Part shown: positions 1 through 11,359 of the stretch, one piece after another
Layout: each line of letters starts with the position of its first letter
Numbering within the stretch: the first letter of the stretch is position 1
Assembly: GCA_035084275.1 (NCBI GenBank)
Contig: CM068766.1
Coordinates: 5,332,001 to 5,396,000, forward strand
DNA from: Hydrolagus colliei
Taxonomy: Eukaryota
Length of the DNA stretch: 64,000 bases
Reading direction: 5' to 3'
Position numbers and translations under genes: made by a program
Notes under the pieces: generated by a model
What the model was told of the DNA's origin: nothing
Seen by the model: only the letters and a program-made list of their open reading frames with translations
The model's database searches: none

Positions 1-2384
1 AAAACTCATCTTGGATGTTGGTATCCTGGTAGGGCATTATTGCTTATTCTGTTTGGCTCAGATAATATGCAGCAACAACAACCAAATTAAATTTATAGAG
101 TGCCTTTCATGTCGGGACGATGTCCCATGCAGTCAATATATTTTACAGTATATTCTGTAAAGCGCTTTTAGACATCTCAATTACTCGATAAGCTGCTATA
201 TCAAATGCACAGGTTATTATTATTACTCTTAGTTGCCCTAACTGACTGGCTTTCTCAGCCATTTCTAAGAATGTCAACCGTATAATGTGGTACTGAAGTC
301 AAATGTAGATGGCTTGTTTCTGTCACTGAATGATGTGAGGGAACCAGTTGGGTTTTTGCAATATTGCTGTTTTTTATGTGGCTATTTTTTCTATTCATAT
401 TTAATTTTGCCAATTTTTCTCTCACTATTTTCCTTTTTATTCGTGACCAAACCAGATTATGTCCTTGCCTGAGATCAATTAGCCTGACATTACCCACTGT
501 GTAACAGTTGGGAGACGGCTCATTGACTGTGATAAGGCTACACGCAGTGTCACACTGAGGCCAATTCTGCTAAGATCAGCTACCTCAAATTGGAAGTAGA
601 AATTAAATAAAAATCTTTGTCTACAGGAAAAAGTTGATTTTAAAAAAAAATCCTGAATAATGTTTATCCTGAGCTGATAACTACTCAGCTTTCAGCATTT
701 GGCAGTAACTACATTTATGCATATTAGATCAGGTTTAGAAGAATAACCAGTACATTCTTTAGTTTTAATATTATTCCTGTCCATTTTTCCAGCTTTCTGG
801 AGCTTCACTGTTGCTCTAACATCCAGATGTTAAGGTCAGCCCCATAAGGGAGAGGGTTTCGCCCATAAAATCTAGTCTTTACAGGGTATTCTGTGAAGCG
901 TTTTGATACGTTTTGTTACATCTCGAAGACTTGATAAGGAAGTACATCAAATGCAAGGATTATTACAACAACAACTTGCATTTGTTTGGCGCTCTTCACA
1001 CGGGATAGTACCCTAGAAGGCTTATTATAATAATAATTATTTTGGTTTTGGATTGATGTTGGTAACTATGGAATTCAAGCCTAGCCTTCCAAGAGAGGAG
1101 AGATAAAATTGAACAAACACAGCAAAGAGATTAAATCGACAATTGCTGACACACCAATGAATTCAAACGGTATTTTAAATTTGTAATTTTCATATGTGAT
1201 AATTTTTGAGAGTAAGAATCGTGTGCAAACTTCCCTTACACCTGTTTCTGACCCATCTTCAACTGAGTGGGCAGGACTCTGGGCTCAGCTGGGCTAAAAC
1301 ACTTGTATAAGCAGCTGTCAGGAGTGTGTGGTCTGCGGCGAACCCCAAGCACAGTAAGAGGCCATTTGATCCATTGCCTTGGTGTTGGTGTTTACTCCTC
1401 GAATTAAGCCTTCTATCCTAAGTACAATTAGCTGTTCTTTACTTTACACACAAATGTTTCCTTTACATGTGTTTATCTCATTCCCTTTTAAATACCTCCA
1501 TCATTTTTGTGCTGCATAGGAGGTTAATCATTTTTTTGCCCCTAGAAATTTTCTGTCTCCGTGTTTGGATTGTGAATGCAAAGTTGCACTGTGCAATTTT
1601 GTATAGCACAATATTGTCACTTTATGAAGAGAATTAAGAACCACTTGAGCTTTGCTGGTCATTTCTAATGTGAAATAAAATTCCTGATTTGTATTAGAGA
1701 TGTAATTTTTTCCAGTACATGTAACCTTTTATAAAATGACTGTAATTAAACATGCAGTCACACACACAATGCTTAGCAGTGCAAGACTGTAAGAAAGCCT
1801 CAATTATTTCAAATTATAAAAATATCACACATCTGTAATCAAAAACTTACAAATGAAATTTAAAAAGTGAACAAGATGGATTTCAAATTGAAAACTATTT
1901 ACACTTTTTCCAAATCTTCTACAGAATCATGCCTTTTCTTCAATGGTGAAAATCCAATAGTAGAAACTTAAAAAATCATAAGTGGAATATCATATTAAAC
2001 TAGACGACCAATCAATTGAAGATTTAATTTACAACTGCAAAACTAATCATGTCCTTTAAATTTGCATAGCTAGGAAACATAGTCTTTGGTAACCTTTCCA
2101 GATAATCAACGATTCAAAAGCAAATCCAAAGGAGCCGACAGAAAGAATGACCCATCATCACTCATGGTGAAGTTGTAAGTTCTCTTAAGACTCGTGGTAT
2201 GTTTATTCTATGCAAATTGCGCAAATGTTTGTCAAGCCAGTTTGAAAAATGCTGCACAAAGTCCTTCCGGTATGTGGGTGTGTAGTATAGATAAAATGTT
2301 CACTGTGTACTAATCTTTTGCTGTCACTGGGATCCATTGTCTCAAATGTGGGAATATAACCTTATTTAGTGGAGGTGGTGGAAG

Positions 2385-2960
2385 ACAATGCCTGCCACCA
2401 CCTCCGTAACATTGTCAGACTCCACCACTGCCTCACCACTCAGGCTACTGAAACCTTTGTCCATGCATTCGTCATCAACGCTTGGCTATGGAAACTCTCT
2501 CCTCGTTGGTCTTCCCGGCTCTTCCCTCCACAATCTAGAACTTTGCAGCTCGTGTCCTCTCCTGCACTATCTCCGTGACCACATCACTCCCACCCTCGCC
2601 GGCTCCATTGCCTCCCCACCCCCTGTGGATCGAATTAAAGATCCTCGTCCTCACTTTCAAAGCAATTCACTGCTTTGCCCCCTTCCTATCTCTCTGACCT
2701 GCTGACACCCTACGAATCTGCCTGCCCATCCATTCAGTGGAGGGTCTACTCCAGCCTGGTCCATGTCTCGCGCCTGACCTGCCAAGATCCTCCTTTTTGA
2801 TCGTGCCTTCTGCTGCCTTCCCACCTCTCTTCCCCCTCTCTCCCTACCCTGCCTCTCCCCCATGTTCGGGTCTCGACCCCTGACCATTCAGCGCCTTAAG
2901 ACGTCCTCCCGACATGAAAGGTGCCTTATAAATGTAATTATACATTGTAATTGTTGTATT
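2385..2960 (+). mobile_element. L2 LINE 3' fragment, degraded
   Basis: HHLRNIVRL...ETFVHAFV, HITPTLA motifs and the same 3' stem-loop tail. Confidence 0.8.
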
Positions 2961-3394
2961 TATTTGAATACTTTCCCAGAATCTGAATTGTCTTGTCAGC
3001 CTATACTCGTCTCAGCATCCCAAGGCTAGGGAGGGGCAAACAAATTAGCTAGGTTCCCAGTTTTGTTTGTGACCTGCTAAGTAATGCAGAGATGTGCATG
3101 CACATGGGGGAATTAATTGACTGTGGTCCCTCTTTATCTCTATCACCTGCCTCACCCATAGTCTTCTAACATTTGTAGACCACATAGAAAATATACAAAA
3201 ACAACAACCATTTGTGAACCTCAGTTTGCAGAGGCACTTTTAGGATAGCACTATAATTCCCTTCCACATGATTCACAAATACTGTAATATCACCAGGAGA
3301 AATCTCAGTCTATTTATCTGAGCAAGAATCCTGAGTCTGTTCCCCCTCTCTCTCAGAAATGTTGAGGCTAATTGAAACTATACTCCCGCTGCAG

Positions 3395-3612
3395 CTAATA
3401 ATAATAATAATAATAATAATCCTCCTTGCATTTGATATAGCGCCTTATCACTTCTTTGAAACGTCTCAAAATACTTCACAGAATATACTGTAAAGTGATT
3501 TCACTGTATATTTTGCGAGTGAATCATGGCAGCCAATTGTACACAGCAATGTCTCACGAACAGTCATGGATTGAGTGATCAAATTATTATTTATTTTTTG
3601 AAAGAATTATTA
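3395..3612 (-). mobile_element. Deu-domain SINE, 3' part, with (TAA)n tail
   Basis: (taa)n-ccttgcatttgatatagcgcc...ggcagccaattgtacacagc. Confidence 0.85.
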
Positions 3613-4654
3613 CCCTCAAAAATGATCTGCTAATCAACTAATGACCTGGTTGCTACTTACTGCTAGGTAAACAAAGGTGTGTGGACTAAGTACACTTGCC
3701 CAATGTTTTTCCCCAGGAAATTAGCTTAAAACCATAACAAAATGTTCACTTTCTTTTGTTGTTTTCACAATGCTTTTTCCTAAGCCAGAAAGCTGTGTGC
3801 GTAGTGTGTATGAGTCAATTCTCCATATTCTCCACACTGATCGCAAGGTTTTGCCTTTCAACAAGGCAGTACATGGGATTATGGCTGATCTGTTCTCTGT
3901 CTATTGACTTACTAGTTGCTCAGTTGCTACACGCAGGGATATGGCCAAGAATCTGTGGCGGTTGGGTGCTTTTTGGTCAGTGCCTCTGAAAACAGGTTTC
4001 TCCCCAGAAATATATTTGCAGCAGTTTTATTTACAAGCTCCTCTTCAATAATCGAGGGCAAGCTACAGTTTGCTCACCATAATGTTGATTGTTTCCAGAA
4101 TACACCTGTAACTTTAGAACAACATCAAGTAATAGCAGGGTAGTCTTGCATCTGTCAAGAATTCATCCAAATGTATTGAGTATGTATCTCTTAATCAAAA
4201 CCATCTGCTCCTCTTCTACTATGCCACACTATTTGCTGATAGGTGAATTGCTGGCGGTATAGTACAGTAATAATAATAATCCTTGCATTTGATATAGCAC
4301 TTTTTCACTCTTCTAGATGTCTCAAAGCGCTTCACAGTATATACTATAAAGTAGGGAACGGCGATATGGGATTTTTCCGGATATGGATATATCGGTTTGC
4401 TCATACCTGCTTAAACCGATCTATCGAGTTTTTATACTGCGCATACGCGTGCATTCGAAGTGCGCGTGCATTGATGGCGCGCGCGCGCGCATTTATGGTG
4501 CGCGCTCAGTCGCGGTGCGCGCGCATTGACGGTGCGTCCGCACTGACGATGCACGCGCAGTCGCGGTGCACGCACATTTCGAAATGCATGCTCTAGGTCC
4601 AGAAAGTTTGTAATGTTGGTGTCAAGGTCTGTTGAATTATACGATGTTGTTTGC

Positions 4655-5105
4655 TCCCTACCTCCCCCTCTCCTTCTCTCCCTCCTCTCCTTCTNNNNNN
4701 NNNNNNNNNNNNNNNNNNNNNNNNNNNNNNNNNNNNNNNNNNNNNNNNNNNNNNNNNNNNNNNNNNNNNNNNNNNNNNNNNNNNNNNNNNNNNNNNNNNN
4801 NNNNNNNNNNNNNNNNNNNNNNNNNNNNNNNNCCCCCCCTCCTCTCTCTCCTTCTCTCCCTCCTTTCCCCTCGCTCCTTCTCTCCCTCCTTTCCCCCTTC
4901 GTTCTCTCCCTCCCTCTCCTCTCTTCCTCTCTCCTTCTCTCCCAACTTTCCCCCTCTCCCTCCCTCCCCTCTCTCCTTCTCTCCCTCCTTTCCCCTCGCT
5001 CCTTCTCTCCCTCCTTTCCCCCTCTCCTTCTCTCCCTCCCTCCCTCTCCTCTCTTCCTCTCTCCTTCTCTCCCAACTTTCCCCCTCTCCTTCTCTCCCTC
5101 CATCT
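4655..5105. repeat. Polypyrimidine (CT-rich) low-complexity tract containing an assembly gap (N 4695-4832)
   Basis: Repeated ctccttctctccctcc-type units; 138 Ns. Confidence 0.95.
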
Positions 5106-5296
5106 CTAAACACAAAATAGAACACACACACACCAAAAACAAAATCTAGAGATTTATTCTCCTCCATTTCTTGCTTGAAAGTAGCATGTAATGTCCACGT
5201 GTAAATGAGATCTATTACAATAGAAAAGAGAGAGACAGACAGTCTGACTGTTAGAGTTAGAAGCCAGATTATCACTGCTTCTATGTGTGTGTCTGA

Positions 5297-5776
5297 CTAG
5301 ACACACACAGCAGTGATAATCTGGCTTCTAACTCTCTCACACACAAAAATAACACTTACAGCCACAAAATGCCACTTATTTTTATGTAGTCTGAAGTCTG
5401 AATTAATGTCCTTCGCCATTGGCAAGCTCTCCTTCGCTATGCAAAAAGTGACAGCGTTCGTGATACTTTGCCACTTTTTGTCCCCTCTCTGGTACAATGT
5501 TCTCCTCTTAAATAAAGCAGGAATTGTTTGAGCTGCACTGGCCCCACTACCTGTCGCTTTCTCCGAAGTGCTAGTTCGACTTCCTGCTGTTGTCGACAAT
5601 GATTTCGCTCTGAGGGCAGCGTGCTGGGCGGGATGGTGCTGCTTAATGTGATGTCGCAGGTTGCTCGTGCTCGAATCAGATGTCTTAACCAAGACCTTGC
5701 AAACTGTACATCTATACACACCATTACTGACTGCATTGTTTTCAAAGTAGTCCCATACGGGGCTTCTTTTCCCCAT
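5297..5776 (-). CDS. Truncated hAT transposase: N-terminal BED zinc finger only (159-aa ORF)
   Basis: MGKRSPVWDYF...CTVC...TSNLRHHIKQHH is a BED finger (W..F, CxxC, HxxxxH); ITNAVTFCIAKESLP matches the start of the next hAT domain, then similarity stops; no DDE core. Start context atcATGG. Expression unknown. Confidence 0.75.
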   Translation of the reverse strand: MGKRSPVWDYFENNAVSNGVYRCTVCKVLVKTSDSSTSNLRHHIKQHHPAQHAALRAKSLSTTAGSRTSTSEKATGSGASAAQTIPALFKRRTLYQRGDKKWQSITNAVTFCIAKESLPMAKDINSDFRLHKNKWHFVAVSVIFVCERVRSQIITAVCV

Positions 5777-7346
5777 GATGAGAAAGGTAAATTTTCAAAC
5801 TACAATTTTCAGTGATGCGACTTTGTTAAGACGCCACGACTCACGTCGAGTATACACAGTAAAGTGTGCGCGCGCATCGGATGTGCGCGCCCGTTAATTG
5901 TGCGCGCGCACCGAATGTACGCGCATTCCATGCTCTAGATCTAGGAGGTTGCAATGCCGGCGACAAGGTAAGCTGGAAAAGATCGCATTACACTGATAAT
6001 ACCAACAATATTGATCTATTGCCAGGAATGATATTAAAAATATATCGATGTATATTTTTAAAATCGAATCTCTCGATATAACAGTTTTTTTAGAATCACC
6101 ATATCGGCATACCGATCTGAAAATCATATCGGGTTTAATCGAAAAACCGATTAATCGCCGTTCCCTACTATAAAGTGAATTGACTGTATTTATGTGGGAG
6201 AAATATGGCCGCCGATTGCGCAAGGCTGCGTCCCACAAACAGTTGTGGATTGAAGTGACCAAATTATTATTGTTTTTTGAGGGATTAATAAGTAAACTGC
6301 ATAACTCAACCCTGGTTTAACTTGTCACAACCATTGAGTCGCCATACTATCCTGGCAGTTTCCCATTCAAAATATTAATAAGAGACTGCGCGTTACTTGT
6401 TACTTAACCTGTAACTAGTCAAATTCTAGTTATTCTTGTACGTAGTTCCCATGTAAAATTAATTGGATAATTTTCTCTATAAGATGACATCTTGCATTGC
6501 GGATGCCTCCCAGCCCTATCCTGTGACTGGTGCGGGTGCTCAGCAGAAGTTGGGCGCACTTGCTCAAATGAATCGCAGAAGCCTTTCATCTATTGGAGGA
6601 TGCCATGCCTCATATCCGCCTCTGGTCCTATTCTGTGACAGGTTAGGGCGTTAGGCCAAAGTGTGGCCCTACAGTAGATTAGAGGCCTTTACGATTCATC
6701 CTAGCAAGGGTGCCCAATCTCTGCCCAGTGTCTCCTTGAGCCACTGTAGCCGGGGAGAATCCATGCCTAAACAAGCAACTGGATAACTAGTTGCTGAGCT
6801 CTTTTCCCTTAGTTAGCTAAGTTAACCAGAGTTTATTGCACGTCAAATAAAATAGATGGAATCCTGCCAAGTTTTAATACCTCAGATAAAATAAGTCCAA
6901 TCGTATTGTAAATGTTGGGGTACTTGTGTTGTGTTAGACAAAATCTAATACAATATTCATATAATGCAATGGAAATCTATTCTCAGGAAGGCCTTTGTCG
7001 AATGTACATTTGAAAGTCCTTTTTTGTAGTGGTGGTTCTTTACTTTTGGGTGCGGTTCAACAAATGGGGAATAATAAACAAATGCACAGGTATCCCGCCC
7101 CAACCGCGGCCTCGCCAACCTCAAAACACATGCATCCACAGTTTCCTAAATGGGACAATCGTCGCAAACCGCGTTTTGCGTTTTGCGCGTCCGGACTTTA
7201 AATTCACGGGTTTAAATTTTCAAGTTTAGCACAGTGTATGCAACTAGGACCCAGTTGCCATGTCGCAATCAACCAGCGAGATGTCTCTTCTTTCTTAGGA
7301 TTAAGGTAAATCTCTGTTGATTTCTCTCCCACACCCTCCGTGTCGC

Positions 7347-7968
7347 TAGGGTCCGTCGATATGGAAATTTTCCGATTTAGATATATCGATGGGCTCATAT
7401 CGAGATATACCGAAATATCGATATTTTCGGGTTTTGTCATACTGCGCATGCGCGCGCAGTGCGCGCATTCCGGGTGCACGCGCATTCGGGGCCTATCTCC
7501 TCAGGAGGTAAATATCTTTCTGTCTCTGTGTCTCTCATACTCACTCTCTCCATCTCGGTGTTTTTCTGTCTATGTCTCTCTCCTCTCTCACATCCCCCAT
7601 CTCTATCTATCCGTATATTATCACATCCACCCCGTCTCTCCTCCTCTCCCCCGCCGCCGTCCCTCTCTCCGACCCCCACCCCCCCCTCCCCCCCGCCGCC
7701 GTCTCTCGACTCCCCCCCCACCCCTTGCATACCTGTATTTTGTATTCGAGTACTACGAATACAATATGGCGGCTTTGCACCTCGGTCTGTGCGTTGTGTA
7801 TAGAGATGAGCATTCTGGGTCTTGTGGTTCAGTGTGCGCGCATTACGATTTTTTACCTCGATTTATCGACTTTTCGATATATCGATATTTTTGAAATGCC
7901 TATATCGGCGTATCGATATGAAAATTATATCGGGTTTTAGCGATATATCGATATATCGCCGGACCCTA
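7347..7968 (+). mobile_element. hAT MITE (622 bp), related to the element at 4352
   Basis: TIRs TAGGGTCCGTCGATAT / ATATCGCCGGACCCTA (15/16); 8-bp TSD CGTGTCGC/CGTGTCAC; TATCGATA-rich subtermini; same family at 52381 and 53296 in the opposite orientation. Strand is arbitrary. Confidence 0.92.
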
Positions 7969-8245
7969 CGTGTCACCCACTTCCGTGTCACCCACCCCCA
8001 CCCTCCGTGTCACCCACCCCCCACCCTCCGTGTCACCCACCCCCCCACCGTCCGTGTCACCCACACCCTCCCACCGTCCGTGTCACCCACCCCTCCACCC
8101 TCCATATCACCCACCCACCCTACCCTCCGTGCCCATCCCCCCCACCCTCCGTATCACTCATCCACTTCCCACCCCCTGTGTTACCCAATACCCCCCATAT
8201 TCCGTGTCAACCTACCCCCCCCGCCCCACCCTCCGTGTCACCCAT
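7969..8245. repeat. C-rich minisatellite, unit about CCCTCCGTGTCACCCACCCC(C)A
   Basis: Roughly a dozen imperfect 17-23-nt tandem units; one further unit lies left of the MITE (about 7333-7346). Confidence 0.9.
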
Positions 8246-10888
8246 CATGATTTTTCTCTCTCTCTGTGTAGACCAGTCAGTCAGACAGCCTCGCAGATTG
8301 CTGCAGATGCGCCCAAAAGTACTCCCCCTATCCCCATGTATGTTATAACTGTATGTGTTTTTTGTGTTTAGTTTTACTAAACCCAAACTTACTAAACACG
8401 TATCCCCATGTTTCCCATAGGGCCCTGCATTTTCCAACTGCGAAAAAGAAAATGTACTCCCCCTATCTCCATGTTTGCCAACCGCGATCTTACCAACCAC
8501 AGAGGTTTAGAGGAACGTATCCCCTGCGCCTGTATATTTAAATCAGTATATTTTGGATAACTTCTTTAAATTTCCATTTGGTAGCTCTGTTCCTATGCAA
8601 CTCAAGGCCAAGGTTTTGCATTCTTTTTTAATGAAAATTTTCTGTAAACGATCGGCTAAGTGGGTTTTGCGCACTAGAAAATGTTCTGCTTTTGATGGTG
8701 CTTATTTGAAAGGAACTCGCATTTGTTTGTTTGTTTGTCTGGAGAACACTAAACTGTCATGTTCCATTAAAAGATTTGTTTTTAGCAACATTCATTGTGT
8801 TCTATTGGCATGCTGTGCGTAACATTAGGTGAATAAAGAGACATTGTATTAGGACTTTGTTTGCCAAATCACTGTATGCAAATGGAAGTGTGAACCACAA
8901 GTTTAATTGTGGAAATGCAAGCCAATAGACTTATTGACCAGAGAAGAAGACTTATCATTTATAGTATTATTTATAATACCACATTTCATATGTGGAGTCA
9001 GTGATAGTATAGAAGTTTATATGCCACTTCCGTAACTACTTCTCATTTCTGCACAGATCCTCTCCCCTTCCCCCTCCCTCTACACTGGTCCGTTGACGCT
9101 TGCAGCTGCTCTTTCTCTTTTGTGGCTTCTTACCCTGTTGCAGACATCTATTTTCTTAAGATCTGTCACTTATTCTTCTATCATTCTCAACCCAGCTTGC
9201 GAATGATAACTGAAAAATCTTAGCACACGTGGCTGGGGATTGAGGCATCAGAATGCCACACAACTTGAACTCATGTCCATAGGTTGTGTAGTTTAGGTCT
9301 TATTTTCTCCCCTTTGTAAGGCAACACATCCTTGGCTGCTTGTTGATGAATGGACGGATGACTGCAGTCATTTCCAGGGTCTCTGCCAATAATGAGGCAC
9401 AAAGGGTGCTGAAATTTGTCTTGAGCTTTGGTTTGTGGTTGTGCATTCATATGACATCTCTCTCTGTCTTTCCCCACCCCCACTACCCAATTAACTAGCC
9501 ATCTTATTGCTCATTCCGAACTATCCATAATTCTGTGTTTGAATTTTTGCAGTTGGATACTGTTCTGTAGCACTCATTATTAGCTTTTAACTAAGCTGTA
9601 AGTACTCTGACCTCGCCAACAATACCCCAACTAAAATTGGTCATTCATTTCATGGCTGTTTGTGAGACGTTGCTGTGTGGAATTGACTGACTAATTTGCC
9701 CACACAGTACAGTCACTGCAATTTACAGTAAAGCCTTTGAAGAGTTTTCACATGAAAGGTACAACACTAAATGCAAATATTATTATTATTACATCCAAAT
9801 TTTCTGCTGATGAATGCTAAGCTCGGAAACATAGTACAGTAAATTGTGAAGAGAGCATGCAGACCTTAGACAATTATTAAATGGAGTATAATGTAACAAA
9901 TTCTGAGGTCCAAGAATGGCGGTTATGACAATGTTGATGTTTTGCCCACAAAATACTTGTTCAATCCATGTTAAAATATATTCTGTAAAGTGCTTTAAGA
10001 CCTCTCAATGATATGATATAATATAAGGCGCCATATCAAATGCAATGATTCTTATAATAACATATGGAACTAATTAGGAATTCCAAAAGGGTGTTGGAGA
10101 GTGAATTGGGAAGTAATGTCATCAGTGGATATGAAGAAAATCTTTAATGTTATGCTTACAAGGTTGACATTCTTCTAAGGTTGTTGGACAAATGTTGAGA
10201 AAGTAACATGAAGATTAGATTAAATGTTAGATGTCACTCCCAGTTTAATGGGGGTTTTCAAAACTGTCTTATCTTCTTCCACACTCCTCCTTCCTAGTGA
10301 TTTGAACAATTTGCATTTACATTGTCTGACAGAGTGACTGTCCTCCTGACGTGAAAGGCGCTATTTTCTGTACAACTGTAATTTTGTTGTTGTTGATACA
10401 TTCTGGCCTTTATGTAGGATGATGTCTGAGTGCTTTATAGTGACTGAGTCGGACACACGGCAGAGTGATAGTCGGGTGACCATAGGCATGGTCCAAGAGT
10501 TTGATTTTAAGTTGAGTTAACTGATTACCAATCAGTTGACACTATTTTATAAGGGATGGAGACATTTTTAAAAGCTTAAGGAGAGTGTTCAGGTGGCATA
10601 GAATTATGAACTTTTTTCTCAAATGCAATGAAAGTCATTAAAATTGTGTGCTTACGTGCGTGTGCTTACACACTTGTGTGTTTGTGTGCTTGCTTGCGTG
10701 TGTGTGTGTGCATGCTTGCCGTGTGTGTAAGTGAGTTTGTGTACAAATGAGTGTATGTTTTTCAGAGTCTTCTCTTGCCTGCTTTCGAAAAGCTGTCACT
10801 GTAATTTACAGCCCGACTAGAAATGTGCTTCAGGATAAAGCTACAATTTTCACTGCTGATATTCTGCTTCCAATGCTTTTAATTGCAG

Positions 10889-10959
10889 GTGCAAATCACC
10901 CACTTCATCTGTCACGACCTCTCGTGTGAGATAACAGCAACTATCTTCCAACAAGGGAG
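10889..10959 (+). other. Candidate non-coding 5'-UTR exon of the KDM4B-like gene (71 nt)
   Basis: Acceptor gcttttaattgcag|G and perfect donor GAG|gtaagt in non-repetitive sequence; contains no ATG; the first coding exon starts with an acceptor, so upstream exon(s) must exist. No transcript evidence. Confidence 0.5.
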
Positions 10960-11359
10960 GTAAGTAAAAATCAACATATTCTATATAAACAAACACATAA
11001 GCACGAATGAACTGGCTAGTGTCAAGAAGCACTCTATGGTTTTGCATTCGACCTGTGCACACAGTGATTCCAAAACCTATTTGGGAATAGTGCTTGGTTC
11101 AATGTTATGGCATTTGAATATTCATTAAGATTGTATGTATTTACATGGCTGCTTTGGGTCAGAGTACGAGAGTGATGCTTAAGGAATTCAGTTATGTAAC
11201 TACATATGACGGAGAAATTCTGTATGTGAATGGATATTCTTGATGGACTTTGTGAAGTAAATTTCAAAAAGGGTAGGGCACATTGGTCAACATAAAGAAC
11301 ATGATGATGTGAGATCCATTGTGCTCCCCATAGTTAAAAAAAATATTTCAACCAATTTT

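Larger units (their letters stand above)
4352..6167 (-). mobile_element. Non-autonomous hAT (Ac-type) DNA transposon, internally deleted
   Basis: Perfect 14-bp TIRs TAGGGAACGGCGAT/ATCGCCGTTCCCTA; perfect 8-bp TSD CTATAAAG (4344-4351, 6168-6175); ATCG-rich subterminal repeats; BED-finger ORF inside; interrupts a SINE. Includes a 138-N gap. Confidence 0.93.
4268..6290 (-). mobile_element. Deu-domain SINE copy split by the hAT element (4268-4351 and 6168-6290)
   Basis: taataatccttgcatttgatatagc...cttcacagtatata before the hAT and gtgaattgactgtat...cccacaaacagttgtggattgaagtgacc after it. Confidence 0.88.
7087..8532. mobile_element. Probable degraded Tigger/pogo-like non-autonomous element hosting the hAT MITE and a minisatellite
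   Basis: Starts CAGGTATCCCGCCCCAACCGCGG and ends CCTG followed by TA; right end reads CGCAGGGGATACGTTCC on the minus strand, resembling Tigger-like subterminal motifs; CAACCGCG occurs near both ends. TIR match is only partial. Confidence 0.4.

Noticed and set aside
2102-2174. Possible exon (ctttccag|...GTT|gtaagt)
   Set aside because: Splice signals are plausible but the exonic side of the donor is poor and there is no homology or other support; not distinguishable from chance.
4432-5275. Long overlapping ORFs (150-236 aa) rich in E/G/R or S/P/L
   Set aside because: Artefacts of the CT-rich tract and the N gap; no stop codons because of low complexity.
5799-5818. ACTACAATTTTCAGTGATGC upstream of the BED ORF, resembling the ZNF143/THAP11 ACTACA motif
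   Set aside because: Lacks the CCC core of the consensus; too degenerate to call.
4352-6167. Autonomous hAT or a domesticated ZBED gene
   Set aside because: Only about 1.8 kb with no DDE catalytic or C-terminal dimerisation domain; intact TIRs and TSD indicate a mobile derivative. The gap lies within a CT tract and is unlikely to hide coding sequence.
7969-8245. Short repeated unit superficially like a CRISPR array
   Set aside because: Units are directly tandem with no unique spacers; eukaryotic context; no cas genes.
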